DNA of 32,000 nt from contig JBAZYG010000001.1 in NCBI GenBank assembly GCA_041659445.1, positions 450,001-482,000 on the forward strand, in the 5' to 3' direction. The stretch's first letter is position 1; the number at the start of each line of letters is the position of its first letter. Source of the DNA: Candidatus Saccharimonadota bacterium. Its GTDB lineage: Archaea; Nanobdellota; Nanobdellia; Pacearchaeales; GW2011-AR1. The notes under the pieces are model-generated. The model did no database searches. It had not been told where the DNA came from and saw only the letters and a program-made list of their open reading frames with translations. Positions 8,647 through 16,751 of this stretch are shown piece after piece. Position numbers and translations under genes: made by a program.

Positions 8647-9807
8647 TTAAAACCCCAATATTTTTTTTGATTCATCAAGCAAACGTAAATTAAAATTTTC
8701 AGTTGTTTCTCCTTCTTGTTTTTCTATTGCTAATGAAGATATTAATTGAAAAATCAAGTCATTAAACTTAGAAGGATTATCCATTGAATAAATATTTACT
8801 GTTTGTTCCTCTATTTTGTCATTGTTTTTTACTTCTATTTCAAGTTTAACTTCTTTTGTTTTTAAATCATGAGTATTTTTCAAAACAAAATAAGCTCCTT
8901 TTGATTTTACAAAATCTTCTATTTCTTGAAAATTTATATCTGAAATTTTTTGATCTTCTAATTCTCCTTCAATTCTTAACAAAACAATTTTATCTTTCAA
9001 TTCTTTTTTATTTAATTCTTGAATTATTTGTCCTTTTGCAACAAGTGCATTTTTTATATAAATTGTTATAGGCAATATTTCTTTTATTTTAATTGAAATT
9101 TTTTCAAGAGGTTTTGGATTTTCTGTATCTACAATGTAAAAACTTCCTTGTTTTAATGTTTCTAATTCTGCAAAATTATTCGGAAAAATTGGTCCAGGAT
9201 AAACAAAATTTTCATATCGAAAATCTATATGTAAATGCCCTAAAGCATAATAATCTACTGAAGGAAGTATTTCTGTTTCTAAAGAATCAATTGGCAAAAA
9301 CCCTTTTGCTTTATCAATTGTTGTGTGTAACATAAAAATTTTGAACATTCCAGGAGTGTCGTTTAATTTAATATTTCTTAAATCAGGAATTTCCAAACCA
9401 GATTTTTTTCCAGGATATCCATAAATTGCAATTCCCTCGTGAATTGTTGGATTCAAAACAATTTTTCCTTGAATTTCTTCAAAGTCAAAAACATTTTTAC
9501 AAAAACCTGCTTTTTCTAAAACATCTAAAAATGTTTTTCCAGAGACACTATAATCATGACTTCCTGCAATTAAAAAACATGGAATTCTTTCATCTTTTAA
9601 TCTTTTAAATTGTGCAAAAGTTTCTTTTAAAATATCAATTGGAGGGTATGCTGAATCAAATAAATCACCTGCAATTAAAATAAAATCAACTTTTTTTTCA
9701 ATGCAAGTATCTATTGCTTTTGTAAATGCTTGGAAGTTTATTTCTTGCATTTCTGGCTGTCTCCAACCTCCTAAATGCACGTCTGCTATGTGAGCGAATT
9801 TTACCAT
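8647..9807 (-). CDS. mre11: Mre11 nuclease (calcineurin-like phosphoesterase)
   Basis: Phosphoesterase motifs FAHIADVHLGG, AGDLFD, AGSHD and LGHLH, in a 386-aa protein directly upstream of rad50. Confidence 0.92.
   Translation of the reverse strand: MVKFAHIADVHLGGWRQPEMQEINFQAFTKAIDTCIEKKVDFILIAGDLFDSAYPPIDILKETFAQFKRLKDERIPCFLIAGSHDYSVSGKTFLDVLEKAGFCKNVFDFEEIQGKIVLNPTIHEGIAIYGYPGKKSGLEIPDLRNIKLNDTPGMFKIFMLHTTIDKAKGFLPIDSLETEILPSVDYYALGHLHIDFRYENFVYPGPIFPNNFAELETLKQGSFYIVDTENPKPLEKISIKIKEILPITIYIKNALVAKGQIIQELNKKELKDKIVLLRIEGELEDQKISDINFQEIEDFVKSKGAYFVLKNTHDLKTKEVKLEIEVKNNDKIEEQTVNIYSMDNPSKFNDLIFQLISSLAIEKQEGETTENFNLRLLDESKKILGF
9790..9807 (-). repeat. Direct repeat copy A (the mre11 start, codons 1-6)
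   Basis: Minus strand ATGGTAAAATTCGCTCAC (MVKFAH). It matches copy B at 17/18 nt, and the single mismatch is synonymous (GCT/GCC). Confidence 0.8.
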
Positions 9808-9856
9808 CTTATTTTTTTAAGTAAAATTCTTACTACCTAATCGAACAAGTTCTCAG

Positions 9857-9874
9857 GTGGGCGAATTTTACCAT
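9857..9874 (-). repeat. Direct repeat copy B (upstream duplicate of the mre11 start; opens a 13-codon uORF, 9833-9874)
   Basis: Minus strand ATGGTAAAATTCGCCCAC, continuing CTGAGAACTTGTTCGATTAGGTAG, which reads MVKFAHLRTCSIR-stop. It lies 67 nt upstream of the real mre11 ATG. Confidence 0.8.
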
Positions 9875-9967
9875 TTTGTATTAAAAAAAGAATTTGTTTT
9901 AAGTATATAAGTATTGTTGGAGTGCGTTAATAAATATTTTGATTATTTTTCTTAAGTGCAATAATGC

Positions 9968-9975
9968 TTATAAAT
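9968..9975 (+). promoter_or_regulatory. TATA-like box (TTATAAAT) for the 9996 gene
   Basis: Begins 28 nt upstream of ATG 9996. No SD-like element intervenes. Confidence 0.4.
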
Positions 9976-9995
9976 ACAAAATTTATTGAAAATTC

Positions 9996-10661
9996 ATGCT
10001 AAGATTACATGAACTAATAGAAGATGAAACATTAAATCCAATTTATGAAATTGTAAATTCTGAAGAATTCTTAGAAAAACAAGAAAATCCAATCATAGAA
10101 TTTTATGGATTTGAAAATATCTCACCTAAATATATCAAAACAAAAATAAAAGAAATTGCTTTTAACCTTAATGATATTAAATTAAGTGATGATAAATATC
10201 TATATAACTGGAAATTAAAACAAGAAATAGAAGAAACAAAACAAGAATTAAATAATTCGAAATTTTGGAATTATCATGCTTTTTGGAAAAGAAGTGGTTG
10301 GAAAAAAGATAGAGGGAGTGCTTGGGATGCATGTTCTTTAATATTAGCTGGTCTGACTTTTGCTCCAGGTGGTGAAATTATATGTCCTTTACTTGCTGGT
10401 TTTGCAGAAACATTTAATGAATGGTCAAGAAGAAGAACTAAAAAAATAAAAACTAAAAAATTAAATTCTCTTGAGGAAATTCAAGATAAATATAATGCTT
10501 TTATGGAAAATGTAGAAAATGCAAAAGTAAAAGAATATATTCCTTCAGATGCTACAAAATTCATAAAAAAAATAAATGAAGAATTAAAAGATAATTCAAA
10601 TTATTTTAATCTTAACATTGAAAGTGTTAATGAGAAATTAAAACAAATTTACAATCCTTGA
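9996..10661 (+). CDS. Hypothetical protein (221 aa) with one central hydrophobic segment
   Basis: ATG ORF with its own TATA-like box and a downstream T7 run. Contains the hydrophobic stretch ACSLILAGLTFAPGGEIICPLLAGFAETF. No family recognised. Confidence 0.55.
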   Translation: MLRLHELIEDETLNPIYEIVNSEEFLEKQENPIIEFYGFENISPKYIKTKIKEIAFNLNDIKLSDDKYLYNWKLKQEIEETKQELNNSKFWNYHAFWKRSGWKKDRGSAWDACSLILAGLTFAPGGEIICPLLAGFAETFNEWSRRRTKKIKTKKLNSLEEIQDKYNAFMENVENAKVKEYIPSDATKFIKKINEELKDNSNYFNLNIESVNEKLKQIYNP

Positions 10662-10679
10662 AAACCTTTATAACTCTTG

Positions 10680-10686
10680 TTTTTTT
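10680..10686 (+). terminator. Oligo-T tract (T7), candidate archaeal terminator
   Basis: TTTTTTT lies 19 nt after the TGA of the 9996-10661 gene and before the OFOR gene. Confidence 0.3.
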
Positions 10687-10710
10687 AATAATTTAGTAAA
10701 TAAAGAGGAC

Positions 10711-12195
10711 ATGAAATATAATATTCTTTTTGGAGGCCAGGCAGGACAAGGTCCAAATTTTTTAGCTCAAATACTTGGAAAAACTCTAATTGAAAAAGGA
10801 TTTTATGTATTTTTCTCAAGAGACTATCAATCTTTAATAAGAGGGGGACACAATTTTAATGTTTTGACTTTTTCAGACAAACCAGTTTTTAGTAATGAAA
10901 GTGAACTAGATTTAATTGTGGCTTTAGATAAAAAAACTTTGAATTTTCATCAAAAAAATTTGAAAAAAACTGGAATTATCATTGATGAAAATCCCTCAAA
11001 TGCAAATTTATCTGGAAAATTATTTAAAAAATTAGGTCTGGAATTTAAAGATCTTGAAAAACAATTAAAATCTCAAGATAAATTCAAAGAAAATTTGATT
11101 GAAGCAAAAAAAGGGTATGAATCTGAAACTGAATGGATTAAATTGAAAAACAACGGTAAAAAAAATTTAAATTTTTATAATGGGACACAGGCGATTGCAA
11201 AAGGAGCAATAGATTCTGGTTTAGATATTTATTATGCATATCCTATGACTCCTGCAACACCTTTGCTCGGAGAACTTGCTGAAAAATCAAAAGAGAAAAA
11301 TATTTTGGTTCTAGAATTGGAAAATGAAATTGGAATAATTAATGCTGCAATTGGCTCTTCGATAACTGGTGCGAAATCAATGATTGGAACTTCTGGCGGA
11401 GGTTTTGATTTAATGACTGAAGGATTGAGTTTGACGGGTATTGCTGAAATTCCGTTGGTAATTTATTTATCTCAAAGACCAGGACCTGGAACAGGAGTTG
11501 CAACTTACACTGCTCAAGGAGATTTAAACATTGCAAGACACGCAGGACATGGTGAATTTAATCGAATTGTTTTGGCCCCAGGAGATTCTAAAGAGTCTGT
11601 TGAATTAACAAATCAATGTTTTTATTTTTCTCAGAAATTTAAAATTCCAACAATTGTTTTAGGAGACAAACATTTAGCAGAAAGTTATTTTACTTTTGAA
11701 AAAAAACCAAAATTAACTTCAGTTTTAAAATCAACTGAATTAAAGAGATATAATAGTTATGAAAGTGATTCTGAAGAAAGTTCTACAGAAAACCCAGAAA
11801 TTATAATTAAAAATGTAAATAAAAGATTAAAAATAAAAGAAGAAATTGAAAAAGAATCTAAAAATTTTTCAACATACGAGATTCATGGAAACAAAAATTT
11901 AAAAAATCTAATTGTTTCTTGGGGTTCAACAAAAGGTGCAATTATCGACGCTATTAAAGATTTGAATTGTGGTTTTTTGCAAATAAAATATCTTGAACCT
12001 TTTCCAAAAATTGAAAATATGATTCAAGGAAAAAATTTAATTTTAATTGAAAATAATTCAACAGGACAACTAGGACAATTAATTTCAGAAAAAACAGGGA
12101 TTTTTATTTCAGACAAAAATAAAATTTTAAGGTTTGATGGAAGACCTTTTCTTTCAAATGAATTAAAATTAGAAATAAAAAAGAGGATGAGATGA
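10711..12195 (+). CDS. 2-oxoacid:ferredoxin oxidoreductase, fused gamma-alpha subunit
   Basis: The N-terminal ~150 aa are gamma-type (MKYNILFGGQAGQGPNFLAQILGK, RGGHN). The remainder is alpha-type (GTQAIAKGAIDSGLDIYYAYPMTPATP, GGGFDLMTEGLSLTG). An SD-like AAGAGGA lies upstream of the ATG. Confidence 0.85.
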   Translation: MKYNILFGGQAGQGPNFLAQILGKTLIEKGFYVFFSRDYQSLIRGGHNFNVLTFSDKPVFSNESELDLIVALDKKTLNFHQKNLKKTGIIIDENPSNANLSGKLFKKLGLEFKDLEKQLKSQDKFKENLIEAKKGYESETEWIKLKNNGKKNLNFYNGTQAIAKGAIDSGLDIYYAYPMTPATPLLGELAEKSKEKNILVLELENEIGIINAAIGSSITGAKSMIGTSGGGFDLMTEGLSLTGIAEIPLVIYLSQRPGPGTGVATYTAQGDLNIARHAGHGEFNRIVLAPGDSKESVELTNQCFYFSQKFKIPTIVLGDKHLAESYFTFEKKPKLTSVLKSTELKRYNSYESDSEESSTENPEIIIKNVNKRLKIKEEIEKESKNFSTYEIHGNKNLKNLIVSWGSTKGAIIDAIKDLNCGFLQIKYLEPFPKIENMIQGKNLILIENNSTGQLGQLISEKTGIFISDKNKILRFDGRPFLSNELKLEIKKRMR

Positions 12196-12410
12196 AAATA
12201 AATAAAAAAGAAAAAATATTATTTTGGAATGCTATTTTAGCAGGAATAATTGGGGGAGTTATAGGTAATTTCTGGGTAGGGTCTTATTTTAATATGGTTT
12301 CTCAAAATTATAATTGGATGAGCTTAACAACTTTTATCATATTTAGCTTAATCTTCTTAATAACAATAATCTTAGCTTCAAACATAATAAAAAAAATAAA
12401 TAAAAAATGA
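12192..12410 (+). CDS. Small 2-TM membrane protein (72 aa) embedded between the OFOR subunit genes
   Basis: ATGA overlaps at both ends (12192-12195 and 12407-12410), with GAGGA 5 nt upstream. Two hydrophobic helices (ILFWNAILAGIIGGVIGNFWVG and LTTFIIFSLIFLITIILASNII), Lys-rich termini and no Cys. Confidence 0.6.
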   Translation: MKINKKEKILFWNAILAGIIGGVIGNFWVGSYFNMVSQNYNWMSLTTFIIFSLIFLITIILASNIIKKINKK

Positions 12411-13255
12411 CAACAACAAATTTATCAACAAACGCAGATATAACATGGTGTCCGGGATGTTTTAATTTTCAGATACTTGCAGGTTTTAAAAATTTTCTTG
12501 AAAAAGAAATAAAAAAAGGACAGAAAAAAGAAAATTTTGCAATTGTTTCTGGAATTGGATGTCATGCAAAAATATTTGATTATGTTAATTTAAACGGAAT
12601 AAATGGATTGCATGGAAGAGTTTTACCGACTTGCTTGGGAATTAAAATTGGAAATCCAAACTTAAAAGTTTACGGGTTTTCAGGAGATGGTGACGCATAT
12701 TCTGAAGGAATTGAACATTTAATTCATGCAGCAAGATATAATTCTAATTTTACTCTTATTGTTCATAATAATCAAGTTTTTGCTTTAACAGTTGGACAAC
12801 CAACTCCAACTACAGAAAAAAAATTTTCAGATAAAACAACTCCTGAAGGAGTAAAACTTTCCCCATTAAATTCAATAAAATTAATGCTTGCAAGTGGTTG
12901 CGGTTTTGTTGCAAGAGTTTTTGCTGACGTAAAACAAATAGAAAAAATTCTCAATGAAGCAAAAAAACATAAAGGATTTAAATTTATAGAAATAATTCAA
13001 CCTTGCCTGATTTTTCATTCAGACAAAAAATACAAAGAAAAAACTTATTTATTAAATAAAAAAAATCACAATTCAAATAATTTTGAACAAGCTATGAAAA
13101 AAGCAGAAGAATGGAATTACGACGGAATTGACTCTAAAACAAAAATTCCTTTAGGAATTTTTTATCAAAAAAAAATGCCAACTTTTGAAGAAAATCATTG
13201 GCAATTACAAAATTTAATAAAAAATAACAAAAGTTGGAAAGAAATTAAAAGATAA
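12407..13255 (+). CDS. 2-oxoacid:ferredoxin oxidoreductase beta subunit (TPP- and [4Fe-4S]-binding)
   Basis: WCPGCFNF, GIGCH, the TPP motif GDGDAYSEG...NN and a distal QPC give the four-Cys pattern of two-subunit OFOR beta subunits. Confidence 0.9.
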   Translation: MTTTNLSTNADITWCPGCFNFQILAGFKNFLEKEIKKGQKKENFAIVSGIGCHAKIFDYVNLNGINGLHGRVLPTCLGIKIGNPNLKVYGFSGDGDAYSEGIEHLIHAARYNSNFTLIVHNNQVFALTVGQPTPTTEKKFSDKTTPEGVKLSPLNSIKLMLASGCGFVARVFADVKQIEKILNEAKKHKGFKFIEIIQPCLIFHSDKKYKEKTYLLNKKNHNSNNFEQAMKKAEEWNYDGIDSKTKIPLGIFYQKKMPTFEENHWQLQNLIKNNKSWKEIKR

Positions 13256-13483
13256 TTAAAATTTTGAATTAATAAATTCTTTAACTATTTTATTTCTATT
13301 TTTTAAAGTATATTCTTTTAATTTTCCATTTTCATAAATTAATGCCCACGGAGTAGACAAATCTCCAGAATTATATCTTCTTGTAAGAACAAATTCATAA
13401 TTTGCAATCTCGTCTTCAAACATCTCACAAATTTCATTTAAATCTTTATCTAAATTTAAAAGTATTTTATCAATTAATTCCAT
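13256..13483 (-). CDS. Hypothetical protein (75 aa)
   Basis: ATG ORF whose stop abuts the OFOR beta stop (TAATTA). No motif recognised. Confidence 0.45.
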   Translation of the reverse strand: MELIDKILLNLDKDLNEICEMFEDEIANYEFVLTRRYNSGDLSTPWALIYENGKLKEYTLKNRNKIVKEFINSKF

Positions 13484-13527
13484 ATTAATAAAAAGAGTCT
13501 TTTGCTTTTAAAGATTATTATAATTGA

Positions 13528-14091
13528 TTATATTCTTAATTCCCAAACATATAATTCTTCAAAAAATAATTTCTTTGATGCAATCTTCTTTTTTTTATAA
13601 TCCAACCATTTAATTCCTTTGGTCAGTGAAGAAGTTAAAATTAAAATTTTTCCATTTTTATTTAAGTGGTTTTTTGCTTGTTCAAGAAATTTATTAATTA
13701 CACTTGAACCATTTTTTCCTCCAACAAGAGCTATTTTTAAATCATCAAATTTTTCTTTATATTCAGGATTATAAGGATTGTCGTCGGGCAAATAAGGGGG
13801 ATTAAAAATAATAATATCAAATTTTTCTTTAACGTTTTTAAATAAATCCGAATAAAAACATTTAAATCCTAACTTCCTACAATATTTTACTGAATCTTCA
13901 TTAATATCTATTCCAAGAATGTTTTGCTTTTTTATTCCTGCTTTTAAGGCGGTATTTAAATTAACTCCAGAACCACAACCCATTTCAAGAAATTTTAAAT
14001 CTAAATTACTTTTAATAATTTTTGAGATTTCTTGAAAAGTAACCTCTGATAAAAAATAAGAATCTTCTTCTGGTTCGTAAATTAATGACAT
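13528..14091 (-). CDS. Class I SAM-dependent methyltransferase, HemK/PrmC/Mtq2-like (NPPY type)
   Basis: SAM motif I (LEMGCGSGVN) and motif IV (IIIFNPPYLP). The tracked ORF starts at a TTG (14100), whereas the first ATG (14091) gives a TAA-A-ATG junction with the upstream gene. Confidence 0.8.
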   Translation of the reverse strand: MSLIYEPEEDSYFLSEVTFQEISKIIKSNLDLKFLEMGCGSGVNLNTALKAGIKKQNILGIDINEDSVKYCRKLGFKCFYSDLFKNVKEKFDIIIFNPPYLPDDNPYNPEYKEKFDDLKIALVGGKNGSSVINKFLEQAKNHLNKNGKILILTSSLTKGIKWLDYKKKKIASKKLFFEELYVWELRI

Positions 14092-14092
14092 T

Positions 14093-14635
14093 TTAACCAA
14101 ATAAATTATTGAAAAAAGTAACTAATTCCTCTTTAAATAAAAATACTGAGACCAAAATTCCAATTAAAAGAACTAATAATAAAACTAAAGTTATAGTGAT
14201 TGGTTCTATTTTTCTTTTTCTAGAACTTTTTGAAGAAAAATTATAATCTGAAAATTTTTGATTTGCTTTTATTTCTTTATTACCAGATTCAAAAAATCTT
14301 TGTTTTTCAAAAACCTTTTGCTTTTCAGATTTCTGTAAATCTTCTTTTTTAACATTTAATTTTTCTTCTTTAACTAAATCAACTTTTTTTTCTGTAACTT
14401 TTGCTTCTTCTTTTTTTTCATCTTTTTTCAATTTTTTGTAATTAACATCATAAATTTTTTCTTCACTTTTTCCAAGCATGTATCTTCTCGCAGAATCTTC
14501 AATTTCAGATTTTTCATATCCTGCATTATAGAGGGCTACCATGGATTGCTTAAGTGTTTCTCCTCTAGAAATAGCAGATTTTATTCCTCCAAGAATGTCT
14601 TCATTTGAATTATCTAATAGCTCACCTTTTTCCAT
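14093..14635 (-). CDS. Hypothetical C-terminally membrane-anchored protein (180 aa) with a Lys/Glu-rich linker
   Basis: Small N-terminal helical domain, a low-complexity K/E-rich middle and a C-terminal TM helix (PITITLVLLLVLLIGILVSVFLF). Coupled to the methyltransferase gene. Confidence 0.55.
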   Translation of the reverse strand: MEKGELLDNSNEDILGGIKSAISRGETLKQSMVALYNAGYEKSEIEDSARRYMLGKSEEKIYDVNYKKLKKDEKKEEAKVTEKKVDLVKEEKLNVKKEDLQKSEKQKVFEKQRFFESGNKEIKANQKFSDYNFSSKSSRKRKIEPITITLVLLLVLLIGILVSVFLFKEELVTFFNNLFG

Positions 14636-14670
14636 ATTTTTTAAAGGGAAATCAGATTTAAAAAGTTATT

Positions 14671-16008
14671 TTAAAGTTTTAAAACACTTCCATTTGAAGC
14701 CAAGTGAGAATTCTCTCGAAATTTATAACCTAACTCTTTTGCTAAATCTATCATTGGACTTTCTTGTTTAAGACTGCCATGTGCAGGAATTACATGCTCT
14801 GGTTTAAGAATTTCTAAAACTTCTCGCAAGTCTTCACGACTTCCGTGTCCATGAACATGAACATCAACTTGAATTTTAACTCCCAATGCTCTTAATCTTT
14901 TATCAAGTTTTTCTCTTGCAAGAATATTAACTTCTGTTGGAATAACACTTGAAGAAAAAATCAAATTGTCTCCGGATTTAAAAGTAAAAGGGGTTTCACC
15001 TTTAACAATTCTATCTAATATGGAATTTTTTTCACCTTGATGCCCTGTACATACTACAAGATAATCTTCCCTATTTTTTTCCACTTCTTTTAAAAAAGAA
15101 TTTATTTGTCTTCGGTATTTTAAAATTTTAATTTTATTTTTGAAATGACATTTCCCAACTTTTGAAGCACATTCAACATATCTTGAAAGACTTCTACCAA
15201 TAAAAACAATTTTTCTTTTTGTTTTTAATCCTAAATTTACAATATTATTTAATCTTTCAATATGTGATGAAAAAGTTGTTACAAAAAATGCAGATTTTTT
15301 ATCTGTAACTTTTGAAAAAGCCTCTTCTAACAAATGTCTTGCAATTATTTCTCCACCTGGTTTTTTTTCAACAGAAGAATAAAGCGAATCAATTACCAAA
15401 GCTTTCACACCCTGATTTCCTAATTCTTTTAATCTTTTATAATCTGGAGGATTTCCCAAAGTAGGATAATTATCAAATTTTAAATCCAATGCATAAAAAA
15501 ATATCCCTTCAGGAGTATGAAGAGCAACAAAAGCACAATCAATTGTAGAATGTGTTGTATGGACAAATTCAAATTTTATTTCAGAAGACCCTTTCACAGA
15601 ATAAATTTTTCCTGTTTCAGCTCTATTCAAAGAATTACTTATTCTTATTTTTGAATCTTCTAAAAGAGATTTTAAAACTTCTAATGTAAAAGATGTAGCA
15701 TAAACTGGAACGTTTGGATATTCATGAATTAAAAAAGGTAAACCACCGACGTGATCCAAATGTGCGTGACTTATAAAAATTGCTCTTACTTTATCTTTCC
15801 AACCTAATTCTTCTAAAACTCTGTCATCAGGTAAAGCTCCGACTCTTCGCAAATCTTTAATATTATATCTTTGCCCTTCTTCTTCTTGTAATTCAATTAC
15901 TCCTGGTAAAAAAAACCCAGCATCAAAAATAAAAACATCATCTTTGACTTTTACTGCAGTCATATTTTTACCAACTTCTTCAAATCCACCAATTGTACAT
16001 ATTTCCAT
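14671..16008 (-). CDS. rnj: Archaeal RNase J (beta-CASP metallo-beta-lactamase 5'-3' exoribonuclease)
   Basis: 445 aa. The N-terminus (IGGFEEVGKNMTAV ... GALPDD ... SHAHLDHVGG) matches the aRNase J pattern, and there are no KH domains. Confidence 0.88.
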   Translation of the reverse strand: MEICTIGGFEEVGKNMTAVKVKDDVFIFDAGFFLPGVIELQEEEGQRYNIKDLRRVGALPDDRVLEELGWKDKVRAIFISHAHLDHVGGLPFLIHEYPNVPVYATSFTLEVLKSLLEDSKIRISNSLNRAETGKIYSVKGSSEIKFEFVHTTHSTIDCAFVALHTPEGIFFYALDLKFDNYPTLGNPPDYKRLKELGNQGVKALVIDSLYSSVEKKPGGEIIARHLLEEAFSKVTDKKSAFFVTTFSSHIERLNNIVNLGLKTKRKIVFIGRSLSRYVECASKVGKCHFKNKIKILKYRRQINSFLKEVEKNREDYLVVCTGHQGEKNSILDRIVKGETPFTFKSGDNLIFSSSVIPTEVNILAREKLDKRLRALGVKIQVDVHVHGHGSREDLREVLEILKPEHVIPAHGSLKQESPMIDLAKELGYKFRENSHLASNGSVLKL

Positions 16009-16033
16009 TTTATTTTATTAAAAATCAAGATTA

Positions 16034-16041
16034 CTTTATAA
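16034..16041 (-). promoter_or_regulatory. TATA-like box (TTTATAAA) for RNase J
   Basis: The 8-mer lies 33 nt upstream of the minus-strand ATG at 16008. Confidence 0.35.
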
Positions 16042-16082
16042 ATCTAATTTATATATGTTTTTAAAATGTTATTTAAAAGATT

Positions 16083-16421
16083 TTAATTTTCTAATGATTT
16101 TTTAACAAGAGTTTTAGTTAAAAAACCTTCTTTTTTAACAATTTTATCCAAACGATTTAAATTTATTGAATGTTCTGAACAAGAACAAATCTTAGCAATA
16201 CCCCATTCATCATCTAAACCATATTTTAATTTAAGACCATCTAAAATACTTTTAAAATTAATCAAATTATTTTGAAGATATTTATTATCTAACCAATATT
16301 CTGAATAAACCACTCCATCTTTTCCACAAATATAACAATCATTATTTTTAAATTCTTCAGCTAAGTCTATTTCTTGATTAATAACTTCAATACATAAAAA
16401 AGATTTTCTTTCGTTTACCAT
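16083..16421 (-). CDS. Hypothetical Cys-containing protein (112 aa)
   Basis: ATG ORF with CYICGKDG and CSCSEH clusters, a possible small metal-binding site. No family recognised. Confidence 0.5.
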   Translation of the reverse strand: MVNERKSFLCIEVINQEIDLAEEFKNNDCYICGKDGVVYSEYWLDNKYLQNNLINFKSILDGLKLKYGLDDEWGIAKICSCSEHSINLNRLDKIVKKEGFLTKTLVKKSLEN

Positions 16422-16443
16422 AAATTAAACACTCATGAAAAGG

Positions 16444-16451
16444 TATTTAAG
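16444..16451 (+). promoter_or_regulatory. TATA-like box (TATTTAAG) for pop5
   Basis: Begins 29 nt upstream of ATG 16473. Confidence 0.35.
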
Positions 16452-16472
16452 TTTTTGTATTCTTTAAAGTAT

Positions 16473-16751
16473 ATGAAACCACTCAAACCATCAATGCGAG
16501 AAGACAAAAGATATTTATTAATTTCTGGAGAAAACCTTAAAGAAGATGTGGTAAAATCTATTAAAGAATTTATTGGAATTTTAGGATTAGCAAAATCAAA
16601 TCTTTCTTTTATTGAATTAAAAAAAGATAAAGCCATAATTTGCGTTGATAGAAAATCTCTAAATCATGTTAAAGCTAGTTTTGCTATGTGTAATGAAAAA
16701 ATTGATGTTTTAAAAGTTAGTGGAACATTGAAAGGATTAAAAACTAATTAA
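16473..16751 (+). CDS. rnp2: RNase P protein component Pop5/Rpp14 homolog
   Basis: MKPLKPSMREDKRYLLI matches the conserved Pop5 N-terminus (LPPxLRxKxRY), in a small alpha/beta protein. The tracked ORF starts at a TTG (16455), but ATG 16473 fits both the homology and the TATA spacing. Confidence 0.72.
   Translation: MKPLKPSMREDKRYLLISGENLKEDVVKSIKEFIGILGLAKSNLSFIELKKDKAIICVDRKSLNHVKASFAMCNEKIDVLKVSGTLKGLKTN

Noticed and set aside
13253-13258. Abutting or overlapping convergent stop codons (TAATTA at 13253-13258, TTAA at 2276-2279 and at 16748-16751) as possible bidirectional terminator signals.
   Set aside because: These are palindromic by construction when two TAA stops meet in an AT-rich, compact genome. 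No additional structure or T-tract is present to support a specific element.
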